DNA of 64,000 nucleotides from Anaeramoeba ignava BMAN (GCA_028826165.1 JAPDFW010000057.1:496001-560000); one strand, 5' to 3'. Counted from the stretch's first letter, positions 23,718 through 38,500 are shown. The notes: generated by a model not told the origin, from the sequence alone. Made by a program: numbers and translations.

Positions 23718-26700
23718 TCATTTCTTTTTTCTATTAAAATTCTTTTTGAAATTTGATTTCTTATTAAAAAATTTTGTTGATTGATTTTTTTTAAATGGTT
23801 TTTTTGAATTTAAAAATTGTTTAGAAGATTTTATACTAATTGTTTGATTTGATTTAAAATCATCAGAATTTTTTAAAGCATTTTCCCAATCTTCATTAGA
23901 ACCATCAATTTTATAAGAATTTAATTCACCAATTCCAACCATTTCCTTTTGAGTTTGTTCAAGAAATTTATTCACTTTAACTTCTTCTTGTTCAAGTTCT
24001 TCATCAATTGATTGTTGAAGAGGTTTCATTGATTTCAATATGATTTCATGTGAATCTGATTCTTTCAATGAAGGATTTTGATCTTGAATTCCTTGTTCAA
24101 GTAATTTTTGGAAAAAATCATTGAATCTTCTCATTGCTTTATTAAATAATGCCAAAATTTGAGATTGAGAAATTTTGAGTTCTTTTTCAATTTCAGATAG
24201 TAAATGATGCTGAAGTCCAAGCATTAAAAAAATTCCCTTTTGAACAGGAGAAAGTTGAATATCAATTTTTTCCATAAAGAATAATTTGGCCATTGTTGGA
24301 ACAAGATCTAAAAAGATTTGATAATCAATTAAATTTTGTGAATATGATTGAATTCTTTTAAGATCATAATGACTGAAAAAAATCAATAATTCATTTGCAT
24401 TTATTGATTCCTGTTTGATTCCTTTTGAATCAAGAATACTCAATGATAATGCTGGTGAAAATATCCTGAAATTATAAGAAAGAAGTGAAATGAATCTTCT
24501 TTTGAAATCAGCAACAAAATTTTCAACCCATTCATTTTTTTCAATTTGTAAATTTGGTAATTTTCTGAGCATAATGCATGTATGTTCTCCAGTAATTTCA
24601 TTTGGGGTTAATCGAATATAAACTGGTTTGTATTTGGATTTTTTCCAAAATTTTAGTAATTGAAGTGTTAATCCAAATGAAACTCCAAGATAATGTAAAT
24701 TTTCTGGTTTTCTTTTTTCTAATTTTGTAAAAAGTGATATTTTTTCATTTTGATTTTTTTCAATATTAATTTCTTCTTCTAAATTTGTTATTTGATTTGA
24801 ATAGTATGCCTCTAATAATTCTAAAGCTCTTGTACCATATCCCATTCTAAAGATATCTGGGCGAGTTGCTATTCTAACAACACGAGCACCTGATAATTTA
24901 GGGAAGTTATTATCCTATTCAAATTAATTTTAATTTTCAATTTTAAATTTTAATTTTAAATATAAAAATTTTTATTGAATTAATTTCAAATATACTTGAA
25001 AATGTTGAGAAAGTGTCCATGGAATTAAATCACCTGCATTTCTTTTTCCTTCACTAAATGCTTTATCAACTGATTTCTTAGAAATTTCTCCTTCTAAACT
25101 TAATTGTATTGCACACAAAATATCAGGCATTTTTGAAGTTTGTTCATTAATTGGACTTAATAAAACAAATAAACAATGAGCTGGTGCATCACTTAATAAT
25201 TGGAGATCATTTGGTGAATTTTTATAATGACTACTAACAAAAAGTGCCATTAATTTTCTGAGAAATGATTCTGAACTTGCTTGATATGAAAATAATGCAT
25301 CCCGATTTACATAATAAAGTTCGCATTTGGAAGGAATTGGACACATCTTATTTTCTAATGGTTCAATCATGACATTCAAACATAATAAGTTATTCATCCA
25401 TTCCTCAATAGGATCACCAAAACGATAACGAATTGGTTCTTCAAGTGTTATTTCTCGAAGAAAACGAGAAGGTGCTATTGATTTTGTAGGTCCAATTTTT
25501 TGGAATCTTTCAATACTTCCCTTTTTAGGTTTTTTCTTAAATTCTTTTCTTTTTCCTCTAATTAAATTATTTCCATTCTGATTATCATTTTCATTTTCAT
25601 TATTTTCATTATTTTTATTAATTTCTTTGTTATCATTATCATCATTATCATCATCCTTAAGAATTACACTTGTTTCTCTGAGTTGAGAAATTAATTTCAA
25701 ACTTAAAGATCTTCCAGTTCCTTCATATCCACTAATTGTGGAAGACATAAAAACTAAATAATTTCCCAATAAATTCTTCACAATAGGTAAAGGAATTGCT
25801 GCTGCTTCATCAATAATAAGCAATTCCGCTTGTCCGAGTTTTGTATAATCTTGGGGTTGAATATATTGAATTGTTTGTCTATGTTCTCGAAAAATATTAA
25901 CTCTTATAATTGCCTTATTCATTGATGATTTAGAAGCTTGAATAATTTCATAATCAATATGTTCTTGATAATTGATTTGATCAAAACCTTTGAAAATGAA
26001 TTCAAATAGTGTTTTAAGATTTTCAGGACTTGGTGATGTAACAAAAATATTGCTATATCCATATGCTATTGCAGCAGTTATAGCCAATCCCAATGAAGCA
26101 GATTTTCCTCTTCCTCTTGAAGCTGTCATTGATATTGTTGTATTTAATGTTTTTTCTGAAATTGCTTCAACAAAAGAAAGTAATGATTTTGCTTGATCAA
26201 AAGTTTTAGTAATTTGAATGAGTTTTCCAATAATTGGAGTTGAATTTAAAGATTGTTTAATTTCTTGAAGATGATTATCTGATTCTCTTTGATTTTTTTG
26301 GAATTGATTAAATCTTTCTTGATAAACATCAATTTTATCATTTTCATTTTGATTTTGATTTTCATTTTGATTTTGATTTTGATTTTTTGAATTAATATAA
26401 ACTGGTTTGATTTCTCTTGAATAATTTGAAATTGGAAGAACATTCAATTCATCATCAACTACTAATGCAGCTTGACAAGATGAAAGTGATAAAATGAATC
26501 TTTCATTAAATCTTGGAACAACATTTTGATGACTTTCAGTTCTAAATTTATTATGAACATCCATTGTCAAATTATAAAGTTGTTGAAGAGAATTCAAAGT
26601 ATTCAATAAAAACACTATCAATCCACCTCCTTCAACAGTTTCAATAGTTCTAGCCAATATATTTGGGGTTAAAGCTTCGAAATCTTGCAAAACACACATT

Positions 26701-27083
26701 CCGTAAGTGTTTCCAAGAATTTTATGAGTTTCATGATAATAACAATAACGTATTTTAGTTGCACTTAAAAATAATTCAAAAGGATCTTCTTTAACAGGTT
26801 CAACTAATGTTTGTTTTTTTATTTGTTTTCTGAATTCTTTTTTCTTTTTCTTTTTCGCTATTTTTGCTCGTTTTGTTGGATGAGTTGTGAATCCAAGATC
26901 CTTTTTATAACACCAAAGTACATTTGGTCTTTCTTTCATTGTTGATTTTGATAAAATGTAATGAAGATTTACAACTTGATTTCTTCCTCTATCTCCAACT
27001 ATTATAATAATACCTCTATAATCGGTTTTAATTCCATTTTCAATAAGTGTTCTTATTCTTTGATCAATTTTCTTTTTAACCAT
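23718..27083 (-). CDS. NAT10: RNA cytidine acetyltransferase NAT10/Kre33; one intron at 24915-24995
   Basis: MVKKKIDQRIRTLIENG, LWCYKKDLGF, LQDFEALTPN, TASRGRGKSA, IIDEAAAIPLP, GYEGTGRSL, SHYKNSPNDL, then |DNNFPKLSGARVVRIATRPD..MGYGTRAL. Confidence 0.97.
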
Positions 27084-27391
27084 TTTTATTATTGAAAAGA
27101 AAAGAAAATGAAAAAATGAAAAAATGAAAAAAATGAAAAAAATTTTTTTTAATTTTTATTTTGAATTTTAAATTGAATTGAATATTAAATATTGAATAGA
27201 ATTGAATTAAATTGAATTGAATATTGAATTGAATATTAAATTGAATTGAATATTAAATATTGAATTAAATTGAATTGAATATTGAATTGGATTGAATATT
27301 GAATTGAATTTAATATTGAATATTGAAATTGGATTGAATATTTAATATTGAATTGAAATTGGATTTTGAATTGAATTGAATTTCAATTTCC

Positions 27392-28408
27392 TTAATCTTT
27401 GTCATATTCCATAACCCAAACACAATTAGCTAAATCATGACAAGCAACAGGATCTTTAACAATAGAATAATCATTCATACTTATCTCAACCATATGAACA
27501 TCACTTGAAGTACGATTTTCCATATAATAATAAAGAATTCTATCATCAGGATTTATAGTAACCATTGGAGCCAACAAAAAGTAATTAGGAATATCAGCAA
27601 CTTTAGAAATATTAGCATTAGAAGAATCAAGAGTAAGTAAAACTCTAGTTTTATAATCAGGAGGATTAAGACCCAAACCCCAAACTAAATCAGTAACAGG
27701 ATCAAAAGTAAGAACACTCATGAAATAACTGTCTTCAATATTATGAACCATTTGGCCAGTATTTCCATCAAAACCAATTAATCTTCCATCAAGTTGACCT
27801 GAATTATTGATGCATAATTGAATCCATTGAATTCCGTTTTTGTAATCATAAGTGTATGCTCCACCAAGAAAATCAATCAAATTGAAAATTGCAAGTGATT
27901 TATAAGTTTTTGTTGATGGTGTAACTCGAATTAAATTGTGATAGTAATTGTATGCTGGATCTCTTCCCATAACTAATATATCTCCTGTTGAACGATCAAA
28001 ATTGCATAATTCTCCAACTCCAATAAATGATTCACTAACATAAGGTAAAACAATCTCATCAACAACATGTCCATCTTGAAGAGAAACAGAAACTAAACAA
28101 ATTTTTAAACTTGTTAAATTTGTTCCAACAAAATATATTAAATTATTATCAGGATCTAAAGTAGCTAAATTTTCCTTTAATTTTTTTAATTAAAATTAAA
28201 ATTAAAATTAAAAATTAAAATTAAAATTAAAATTAAAATTAAAATTTATATCAAATACTCCAAATGCTTCATGTGAAATTATCTTCCCAATAGCAGTTTG
28301 TATTGCTGTTACTGGATCAACTGATACTAATTCAAGTTCTCCAGTTAATCCATAAAGTGTGTAACATTGAATAAAAGCAAAAATAATTAAAAATAATAAA
28401 ACTTTCAT
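27392..28408 (-). CDS. Secreted protein, probably a beta-propeller; one intron at 28175-28258
   Basis: Signal peptide MKVLLFLIIFAFIQC. The intron joins the ORFs in frame. Repeated blade-like motifs (TLDPDNNLIY, TFDPVTDLVW, TINPDDRILY). Confidence 0.7.
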
Positions 28409-28529
28409 TAATTAAAATTTGTTTTGTTTTGTTTTTTTTGAAATGAAAAAAATGAAAAAAATTATGAAAAGAATTTTTATTAGTTCAAAATTTCTTTAAA
28501 AAAAAAACTATTTTTGCTCTTTTTTTTTC

Positions 28530-30895
28530 TTATTAAAATTATTATTAAATTTATTATTAAATTTATTATTAAAATTATAATTAAATTTATTATTAAAATT
28601 ATTATTAAAATTATTATTAAATTTATTATTAAATTTATTATTAAATTTATTATTAAAATTATTATTAAATTTATTATTAAATTTATTAATAAAAAATTAT
28701 TATTAAATTATTATTAAATTTATTATTAAAATTATTATTAAAATTATTATTAAAAATTATTATTAAAATTATTATTAAAATTATTATTAAATTATTATTA
28801 AATTTATTATTAAAATTATTATTAAAAATTATTATTAAATTATTATTAAAATTATTATTAAAATTTATTATTAAATTTATTATTAAAATTATTATTAAAT
28901 TTATTATTATATTTATTATTAAAATTTATTATTAAATTTATTATTAAATTTATTATTAAATTTATTATTAAAATTTATTATTAAAATTTATTATTAAATT
29001 TATTATTAAAATTATTATTAAATTTATTATTAAATTTATTATTAAATTTATTATTAAAATTATTATTAAAATTATTATTAAATTTATTATTAAAATTATT
29101 ATTAAAATTATTATTAAATTTATTATTAAAATTATTATTAAATTTATTATTAAAATTATTATTAAAATTTATTATTAAATTTATTATTAAATTTATTATT
29201 AAATTTATTATTAAAATTATTAATAAAATTATTATTAAAAATTATTAAATTTATTATTAAATTTATTATTAAAATTATTAATAAAATTATTATTAAATTT
29301 ATTATTAAATTTATTATTAAATTTATTATTAAATTTATTATTAAATTTATTATTAAAATTATTATTAAATTTATTATTAAAATTATTAAATTATTATTAA
29401 ATTTATTATTAAATTTATTATTAATTTAAATTATTAAATTTTATTATTAAAATTATTATTAAAATTATTATTAAAATTTATTATTAAAATTATTATTAAA
29501 TTTATTATTAATAAATTTATTATTAAATTATTATTAAATTTATTATTAAAATTATTATTAAAATTATTATTAAAATTATTATTAAATTCTATTATTAAAT
29601 TTATTATTTAAATTTATTATTAAAATTATTATTAAAATTATTATTAAATTATTATTAAAATTATTATTAAAAATTATTAAATTTATTATTAAATTTATTA
29701 TTAAATTTATTATTAAATTTATTATTAAATTTATTATTAAATGATTATTAAATTTATTATTAAATTTATTATTAAAATTATTATTAAATTTATTAAAAAT
29801 TATTATTAAAATTATTATTAAAATTATTATTAAATTTATTATTAAAATTTATTATTAAATTTATTATTAAATTTATTATTAAAATTATTATTAAAATTAT
29901 TATTAAATTTATTATTAAATTGATTATTAAAATTATTATTATATTTATTATTAAAATTATTATTAAATTTATTATTAAAATTATTATTAAAAATTATTAT
30001 TAAAATTATTATTAAATTTGTTATTAAAATTATTATTAATTTATTATTAAAATTATTATTAAAATTATTATTAAATTTATTATTAAAATTATTATTTAAA
30101 TTATTATTAAAATTTATTATTAAAATTTATTATTAAAATTTATTATTAAAATTTATTATTAAAATTATTATTAAAATTTATTATTAAAATTTATTATTAA
30201 ATTTATTATTAAAATTATAATTAAATTTATTATTAAAATTATTATTAAATTTATTATTAAATTTATTATTAAATTTATTATTAAAATTTATTATTAAATT
30301 TATTATTAAATTTATTATTAAAATTATAATTAAAATTATTATTAAATTTATTATTAAAATTATTATTAAAATTATTATTAAAATTATTATTAAATTTATT
30401 ATTAAATTTATTATTAAAATTATTATTAAATTTATTATTAAATTTATTATTAAAATTATTATTAAATTTATTATTAAAATTATTATTAAAATTATTATTA
30501 AATTTATTATTAAAATTATTATTAAAATTATTATTAAATTTATTATTAAATTTATTATTAAATTTATTATTAAAATTATTATTAAAATTATTATTAAATT
30601 TATTATTAAAATTATTATTAAAATTATTATTAAATTTATTATTAAATTTATTATTAAAATTATTATTAAAATTATTATTAAAATTATTATTAAATTTATT
30701 ATTAAATTTATTATTAAAATTATTATTAAATTTATTATTAAATTTATTATTAAATTTATTATTAAATTTATTATTAAATTTATTATTAAATTTATTATTA
30801 AATTTATTATTTAAATTATTATTTAAATTTATTATTAAAATTATTATTAAAATTATTATTAAAATTATTATTAAAATTATTATTGAAATTATTAT
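28530..30895. repeat. 2.4-kb 12-mer satellite with two interspersed variants, AAAATTATTATT and AAATTTATTATT
   Basis: About 195 units with only a handful of G/C bases; the largest intergenic interval in the window. Confidence 0.97.
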
Positions 30896-31767
30896 TAAAT
30901 TTTCTTTCTAATATTCATTTTAATAAAATTAACAACATAATCAATAAAATTCTGATCTCTTGGTAATAAATGACCACCATCATGATAAAAAATAGATTTA
31001 TTTTGGAAAATTTCTGCTGCTCTTAATTGAATTTTTGGAGGAACTACAAGATCTTTTTTCCCAATGATATGTAAAGAAGGAAAAAGAATATTATTTTTTT
31101 GAGTTAATTTCATTAAATCAGAATTTCTAATTGAATTTAAAATAAAATTTCCTGATAAAATCATTAATTTAAAATCAAGTGATCGATTATATTTCATTGT
31201 GAAAATTGTAGACATTGCTGCTCCTTGAGAAAAGCCAATAATTCCATAAAAAGGACCCTTTTTATTATAGAAATCATGAATATATTCTAAACTATTTTCA
31301 ACTCCTTTTATATTTTTATTTAGAAAAGAAGGATCTTTATTTTTATCAATTTTTTCGTTTTTTTGGATGATTTGAGAATATTTTGGATTTCTAGATTTAT
31401 AACCTCTAATTTCTTGATATTCTTGCATAATTAGATTTTTCATTCTATTTATATCATTTGTGTCATTTTTTCCTATCCACCAAGAATATCCTATTTGATT
31501 TCTATTTCTCTTTTCATTTTCATTTTCATTTGTTAATTGATTTTCATTTTCATTTGTTAATTGATTTTGATTTTCATTTGTTAATTGATTTTGATTTTCA
31601 TTTGTTAATTGATTTTCATTTTCATTTGTTAATTGATTAGTTCCATTTAAAAATATAAATTCACAAGAATCTTTTAAAGCTTTTTGAATAGGTCTTAATA
31701 CAAAAGAAAATGCTGTAGAATTTTGACCATATCCATGTAAACAAAGAAAACGAGATTTTTTTTGCAT
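30895..31767 (-). CDS. OVCA2: FSH1/OVCA2-family serine hydrolase
   Basis: LCLHGYGQN, nucleophile elbow GFSQGA, SLHIIGKKDLVVP, HDGGH. Contains five in-frame copies of a 24-nt NQLTNEN(E/Q) repeat. Confidence 0.88.
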   Translation of the reverse strand: MQKKSRFLCLHGYGQNSTAFSFVLRPIQKALKDSCEFIFLNGTNQLTNENENQLTNENQNQLTNENQNQLTNENENQLTNENENEKRNRNQIGYSWWIGKNDTNDINRMKNLIMQEYQEIRGYKSRNPKYSQIIQKNEKIDKNKDPSFLNKNIKGVENSLEYIHDFYNKKGPFYGIIGFSQGAAMSTIFTMKYNRSLDFKLMILSGNFILNSIRNSDLMKLTQKNNILFPSLHIIGKKDLVVPPKIQLRAAEIFQNKSIFYHDGGHLLPRDQNFIDYVVNFIKMNIRKKI

Positions 31768-31868
31768 TTTTATTTATAAATTTTTTAAGAAAGAAAAAAA
31801 ATGAAAAAAAAAAATGAATTAAAAATTTTTTCATTTTTTTTTTTGCTTTCTTTTTTTCTTTCTTCTTT

Positions 31869-33838
31869 ATGTCAACAAAAAATTCATTTCAAGAAAATTT
31901 AATAAATTTAATTGAAGAAATCACAAACAAATTAAAAAAAGTTAAGAATTCACTTAACGGACTTAAAAAACTTGAACCACTTTACAAAGATTCATCAGTT
32001 CCTGAACAAGAATTAATGAACTTTGTTTTTGAGAAGAAAAATCATCGGAATCAAATCAAAAAATTAACACAAACAAAAAACGAAATTGAGGAGTTTTTGG
32101 ATTCAATTTGTGATAAAGGAACAGTTAGTCAAGATTTTTCAACGGATGATCCAAGTTTTATAAAAGTTATATCAGGAGATCTTGTTGTTATTTATCAAAC
32201 GGAAGCTGAAAATGCTTATGTTAAATTGAAATCAATAAATAAACCAACAAAAGGTTATCTTCCAACAAATGTTTTATCAATAGATGTTGTTCAAGTTTCA
32301 GATTTTGATTCTTTATCTTCGAAAATTGATCAATTCAAACAAATTTTAATTGATATGGAAAAAAAAGAATCTAATTTGAATAATCGGAAATTAAGTCCAA
32401 AAACTATTTCTTCTATTTATTCTTTTGATGCTGGAAATGATGATGAATTAACTATTTCTGAGAATGAAAAATTGATTTTAATTGAACATCGTGAAGGAGG
32501 ATGGTCTTATGTTGAGAATTTAAAAGGTTTTTATTAATTAAAATCAAAATTAAAATCAAAATTAAATTTAAAATCAAAATCAAAATCAAAATTAAAATCA
32601 AAATAAAAATCAAAATCAATATCAAAATCAAAATCAAATTTAAAATCAAAATCAAAATCAAAATCAAAATCAAAATCAAAATCAAAATCAAAATCAAAAT
32701 GAAAATCAAAATTAAATTAAAATTAAATTAAAATTAATTTATAAAATTAAAATTAAAATTAAAATAAAATCAAAATCAAAATCAAAATTAAAATCAAATT
32801 GAAATTCAAAATTAAAATTCGGAAAAAAGGCCAAAAAGGAATTGTTCCTACTTCATATCTTAATCTTCAAGTTGATTCATCAAATCCAAATTCTGAAATG
32901 ATTGTTCTTTTCTCTTTTGATTCAGAAAATCCTGATGAACTTACAATTGTTGAAAATGAAGTTGTTTCTGTTATTGAAGTTAAAGGAGATTGGACAAAAG
33001 TAAAAAATATAAAAGGAGACATTGGAATTGTTCCAACAAATTATCTTCAACCAAAAATAAATACACAAACAGATTCTATTGATAATAATTCAAATAAAGA
33101 TGTAAAATGAAAAAATTTCAATTAAAAACATTTCAATTAAAAAAATTCCAATTAAAAATATTTCAATAGAAATCAAATGCTGACATTTTGGAAGAAAAAG
33201 AAGATGGTTGGCTTTTAGTTGGTGAAAAAAATCAAAATTCTCAAGAAGATTTTTCGCCAGGAAATTATTTCCTTGTTTTAGAAAATTACGAAAAAGCAGA
33301 TTCAGATGAAATTTCACTTCAAAAAAATTCAAAAGTTAAATTTGTTTCAAATCAAGGAAATGGATGGTGTACTGTTGAATTTGAGGGAAAAACTGGGCTT
33401 TTTCCAATTACTTATTTAGAATTAATAAGAGAAGATCTAAAACCAAAAAAAGTGGATCAAAAAGCAAAAAAAATGGAACAAAAAACAAAAAAAATGGAAC
33501 AAAAACAAAAAATTCAAGAACAAAAACAAAAACAACAAGAACAAAAGCAAAAACAAAAACAGCAAAAAATTCAAAATAAACCTCAATCAAAAGATGAAAT
33601 TATCAAAAACCTTCAAAATAAAGTGAATGAACTTTCAGACCAAATTGAGCAAATAAATCAACTTAGAAAATTGGAAATTCAATTTTTAACAACTCAACAA
33701 CAAGAGAAACAATCAATAATTGATTCAAAAGAATCAGAAATTTTGGAATTGAAAAAAAAAGTTGAAACTTTAGAACAAGAAAATCGAAAGTTCAAATCTT
33801 TGATTGAAAAACTTCCTCCAAATCAAAAAATCAAATGA
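31869..33838 (+). CDS. Multi-SH3 adaptor with N- and C-terminal coiled coils; introns at 32527-32829 and 33102-33169
   Basis: At least three clear SH3 domains: YSFDAGNDDELT..GGW..GIVPTSY, FSFDSENPDELT..GDW..GIVPTNY, NYEKADSDEIS..NGW..GLFPITY. Confidence 0.85.
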
Positions 33839-34000
33839 AAACTTTTTTTTTTTAATTTTCTTTTTCCAAATCAAAAAAATATTTTCAATTTAAAAAAAAA
33901 AAAGAAATAATAAAGCAAAAAACTTAATTGGAATGTTGGGAAATTATTTTGATTTTAGTTAAAAAAAAATATTTTCAAAATTATCAAAAATCGGAAAAAA

Positions 34001-34031
34001 ATTTTTTTCATTTTTTTCATTTTTTTCATTT
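34001..34031 (+). promoter_or_regulatory. Tandem initiator-like core promoter (TTTTTTTCA)x3 of RCL1; type example of a motif found before nearly all genes
   Basis: Lies about 25 nt upstream of the ATG. The same strand-specific motif recurs upstream of the other starts. Confidence 0.7.
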
Positions 34032-34054
34032 TTCTTTTTGAAATTAAAAAACAA

Positions 34055-35141
34055 ATGGAAATTTTTCAAGATCATTCTGATTTTCGACAAAGAATAATCC
34101 TTTCGACATTATCAGGAAAAGCAATCAAAATTGAAAAAATACGAGAAAAAGATGAAGAACCTGGATTATTAGATTATGAGATTAATTATCTTCGATTGAT
34201 TGAAAAAATCACTAACGGATGCGAAATTGAAGTGAATAAAACAGGGACAAAATTAATATTCAAACCAGGATTAATAATTGGGGGGAATATCAATCACAAA
34301 TGCGGGAAATCACGACCAATTACATATTTTCTTGAAGGAATAGCTTGTTTGATTCCATTTGGAAAGAAACCATCAACAATTACATTGACTGGAATCACAA
34401 ATGCAGAACCAGATATTTCAATCGATACATTTTCCAAAGTGACTATTGAAAATATCAAGAAATTTGGAATTGGAGATGAAGATTCAATTGGAGGAAATAT
34501 TAGTGTTAAAATCAATAAAAGAGCAACTTCAACGGACGAAGGTGAAGTTGTGTTTAATTGCCCTATTGTCAAGAAAATTGAAGCCAATTCAGCTTGTGGA
34601 GGAAGGAAAAGTTGAGAAAATTCGAGGAATAAGTTATTCACTGAAAACATCTCCAAATTTTAATACAAGATTAATTGAGGGTTGCAGGGAAATCATCAAC
34701 CAGTTCATCACTAATTTCCATGTGTATACAGACCACCAAAAGGGAAAAATGGCGGGAAATTCCGTCGGTTATGGTGTGTCTCTTATTGCAAAGACAAATA
34801 CTAAATGCTTATATGGAATAGACTGTTTTGCTCATTCAGGAGAAGTTGCGGAAGATTTGGGAAAAAAATCTGCAATTAAAATTTTAACTGAAATTTCCAT
34901 TTCCTCATGTGTTGATTCTACTCACCAATGGATCATGCTACTTTTTATGGCGTTATGTCCTCAGGATGTTTCGCAGATCAAACTCGGCAAATTGTCTCCT
35001 TATACAATTAGTTGGTTGAGAGGGATCCGCCAATTCTTAGGTGTTTTATTCAAGATTAAAACTGATCCTGAATCTCAAAATTCCGTTTTCTTATCGTGCG
35101 TTGGTTCAGGATTGACAAATATTTCAAAAAGAAATTTCTGA
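34055..35141 (+). CDS. RCL1: RNA 3'-terminal phosphate cyclase-like protein RCL1; one extra base at the A-run 34574-34577
   Basis: FRQRIILSTLSGKAIKI, LIEKITNG, FKPGLIIGG, GYGVSL, AEDLG, CVDSTHQ, LSCVGSGLTN. The two halves lie in overlapping frames. Confidence 0.95.
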
Positions 35142-35271
35142 TCCCCCATTTCCCTATTTTCTCCATAGATCTTTTTAAACTAAATTTTTTTTTTTTTTAA
35201 AAAATTAAAAAACTTGAATAATTTTTTTATTTTCATTTTCATTTTTTTTTTTCATAAATAAAAACAGTAAA

Positions 35272-35530
35272 ATGAATAAAAATGTTTTTAATCAATTCAA
35301 CCAAAACGAAACAGAAAAAAACCAAAAAGTAAATTCAGCAAAAATAAATGAACTTATTGAACAAAAAATGCTTGAATTAGTCCATTATATACATAGTTAT
35401 GAAATGATTCTTAAAATTCCTCAATCAACTTTATCTAATAAACAAATAAATCAACTTTCAAATTACCAATCTCTCCATTTGTTTGTTGAACCAGAATTTG
35501 ATATTTTTTTATCCACTACTTCTAATAAAA
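35272..35530 (+). CDS. Short hypothetical protein; 3' end unresolved
   Basis: ATG follows an initiator cluster at 35231-35256 and composition is coding-like for ~85 codons. The ORF then runs into the promoter of the next gene. Confidence 0.35.
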
Positions 35531-35590
35531 AAAAAAAGCAAAATTATTTTTCATTTTTTCATTTTCATTTTTCCTTCTTTTTTTTTCCAA

Positions 35591-38500
35591 ATGGAATTCA
35601 CAAAATATTTGAAAAAATTACATTTTCTTCATAATTTAATTAGAAATCAAAATGTGGAAATTAAAAAGCAAAAACAAATTCAACAAGGTTTACTCAAACT
35701 TGATGAGATTTATTCAAATCCAAAAATGAAAGAGAATAAAAATTATCAAACTTTTCTTCTTGAAAAATCTGAAATCCAAAAAATAATAGGAAAAATTTCT
35801 GAAAAAATAATTCTTTTGGAACAATTATTAAATAAATTAGCAATAAATGGAAAAACAATTAATAATTTTCAAGCTCAAAATTCTGAACAAATTTCTATTC
35901 AAAAAGATCAACTAATTCTTCTTTTTTTAGTTTTAGATGAATGGGCAACAATTAAAAATCTTTCAAATAATGAAATGGGAAAAATTCCTTTAAAATTTTT
36001 GGAATTGGAACAAATTAGGGAATTTTCTGATGAAGAATTTTTGGAAGAATTGAGTTTAATTTTAGAACAAAATGAAACAGAAAAAAAAGAGATGAAGAAA
36101 CTTTTTGAAGAATTTGAAGGTGAATTTTAACACGAAAATTAAAACGAAAATTAAAACGAATTTAAAAACGAATTTAAAAACAAATTTTAAAACAAATTTT
36201 ATAACAAATTTTAAAACAAATTTAAAAACAAATTTTATAACAAATTTATAACAAATTTTAAAACGAAAATTAAAACAAATTTTAAAACAAATTTTAAAAC
36301 AAATTTTAAAACAAATTTTAAAACAAATTTTAAAACAAATTTTAAAACAAATTTAAAACAAATTTTTATAAAACAAATTTTTCAACAAATTTAAAAACAA
36401 ATTTTATTTAAACAAATTGATAAGTAAATTTTTTAAATTTAACAAATTTTTTAAATTTAATCAAAAAACGAAAATTAAAAAAACAAATTTTAAAACAAAT
36501 TTAAAACAAATTTTAGTATATTTTAAAATTTAATCAAAATTAAATCTAAATTCAACAATTTCAAAAAACTAAAAAAAGCGCTTGTTTTATTTAATTATGA
36601 TTCTCAATCAAGTGATGAAGTAAATTTAATCTAAATTTAATCTAAATTTAATCCAAATTTAATCAAATTTAATATAAATTTAATCCAAAATTAATATAAA
36701 TTTAATATAAATTTAATCTAAATTTAATCCAAATTTAAATTGATTTTTTTTTTAAATTCTTAGATTTCAATCACAAAAAGACAAATTGTTAATGTTTTTC
36801 AACAAAGGAAAGATGGTTGGTGTGATGTTAGTTGGAATAATTTAAGAGGATTATTTCCTGAAACTTTTTTGGAAATTCTTGAAGAATCTGAACAAGAAGA
36901 AACTTCTATTGTTTTAGACAATTATGAAGCACAAAATCCTGATGAAATTTCTATTCCATCAGGTCAAGTTGTAAAAATTATTAACAAAAGGGATGATGGT
37001 TGGGTTATTGTTGAATATGAAAATAAATATGGTTTCTTTCCAACTACTTTTCTATCAATTTATGAAAATGAAAATGAAAATCAAAATGAAAATGAAAATC
37101 AAAATCAAATTGAAAATCAAAATGAAAATGAAAATGAAAATCAAAATCAAATTGAAAATGAAAATGAAAATGAAAATCAAAATCAAAATCAAAATCAAAA
37201 TGAAAATGAAAATCAAAATCAAAATCAAAATCAAATCAAATGAAAATGAAAATCAAAATCAAAATCAAAATCAAAATCAAAATCAAAATCAAAATCAAAA
37301 TCAAAATCAAAATCAAAATGAAAATCAAAATCAAAATCAAAATCAAAATCAAAATCAAATTGAAAATCAAAATCAAAATCAAAATCAAAATCAAAATCAA
37401 ATTGAAAATCAAAATCAAAATCAAATTCAAAATCAAAATCAAAACCTAATTAAAGTGCAAAATGAAAATGAAAATCTTTTAAACAGAATTTCTGATTTAG
37501 AAGAATTAGTTAAAAATTTACAGATAGAGAAAGAAAAAAGAGAAAAAGAGCAAAGAGAAAAAGAACAGAAACAAAAAGAAAGAAAAGAGTTATTTCAAAA
37601 AAGAATTGTCGAAAAACCCATTTATTCATCAAAACAACTTAATTTAGATTTCTGGAAATTACTTGAAGTAGTAAATTCATTGAAACAAACAAATGACAAA
37701 TCTTCCCAATTAATTTCCACAATTTTTGAAGAAATCAAAAAAATTTCTCAACATAAACCATTTATTCAAAAACCAAATGAAAAAGAAAATGTTGAACAAT
37801 TTAAAAATCGAATCAGAATTCTTCAAAAAGAAAATGAATCACTTAAAATGAAAAATGAAGAATTAAATCGAGATAATATCCAAAAGAAAAATCAATTTGA
37901 GAAATTGATGAAAGAAAAAGAAGAAATAATTTTAAATCAAAATAAATCAAATCAATTAAATCAATTAAATCAATCAAATCAAAATAAATCAAATGAATTA
38001 AATCAATTAAATCAAATAAATAAATCAAATCAAAATAAATCAAATAAATTAAATCAATTAAATCAAAATCAATCAAATAAATCAAATAAATTAAATCAAT
38101 TAAATGAAAATAAATCAAATAAATTAAATGAAAATGAATTAAATGAAAATGAATCAAATAAATTAAATAAATCAAATGAATCAAATCAATTAAATGAATC
38201 AAATGAATTAAATGAAAATGAATTAAATAAATCAAATAAATTAAATGAAAATAAATCAAATAAATCAAATAAATCAAATAAATTAAATCAATTAAATAAA
38301 TTAAATAAATTAAATCAATCAAATGAAAATAAATCAAATAAATTAAATGAATCAAATGAAAATGAATTAAATAAATCAAATAAAAATGAATCAAATAAAT
38401 TAAATGAAAATAAATCAAATAAATCAAATGAATTAAATGAATCAAATCAATTAAATCAATTAAATGAAAATAAATCAAATAAATTAAATGAAAATAAATC

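Noticed and set aside
28530-30895. Tandem arrays as a CRISPR array or telomere
   Set aside because: There are no unique spacers, no cas genes and no G-rich telomeric unit, and the arrays are internal.
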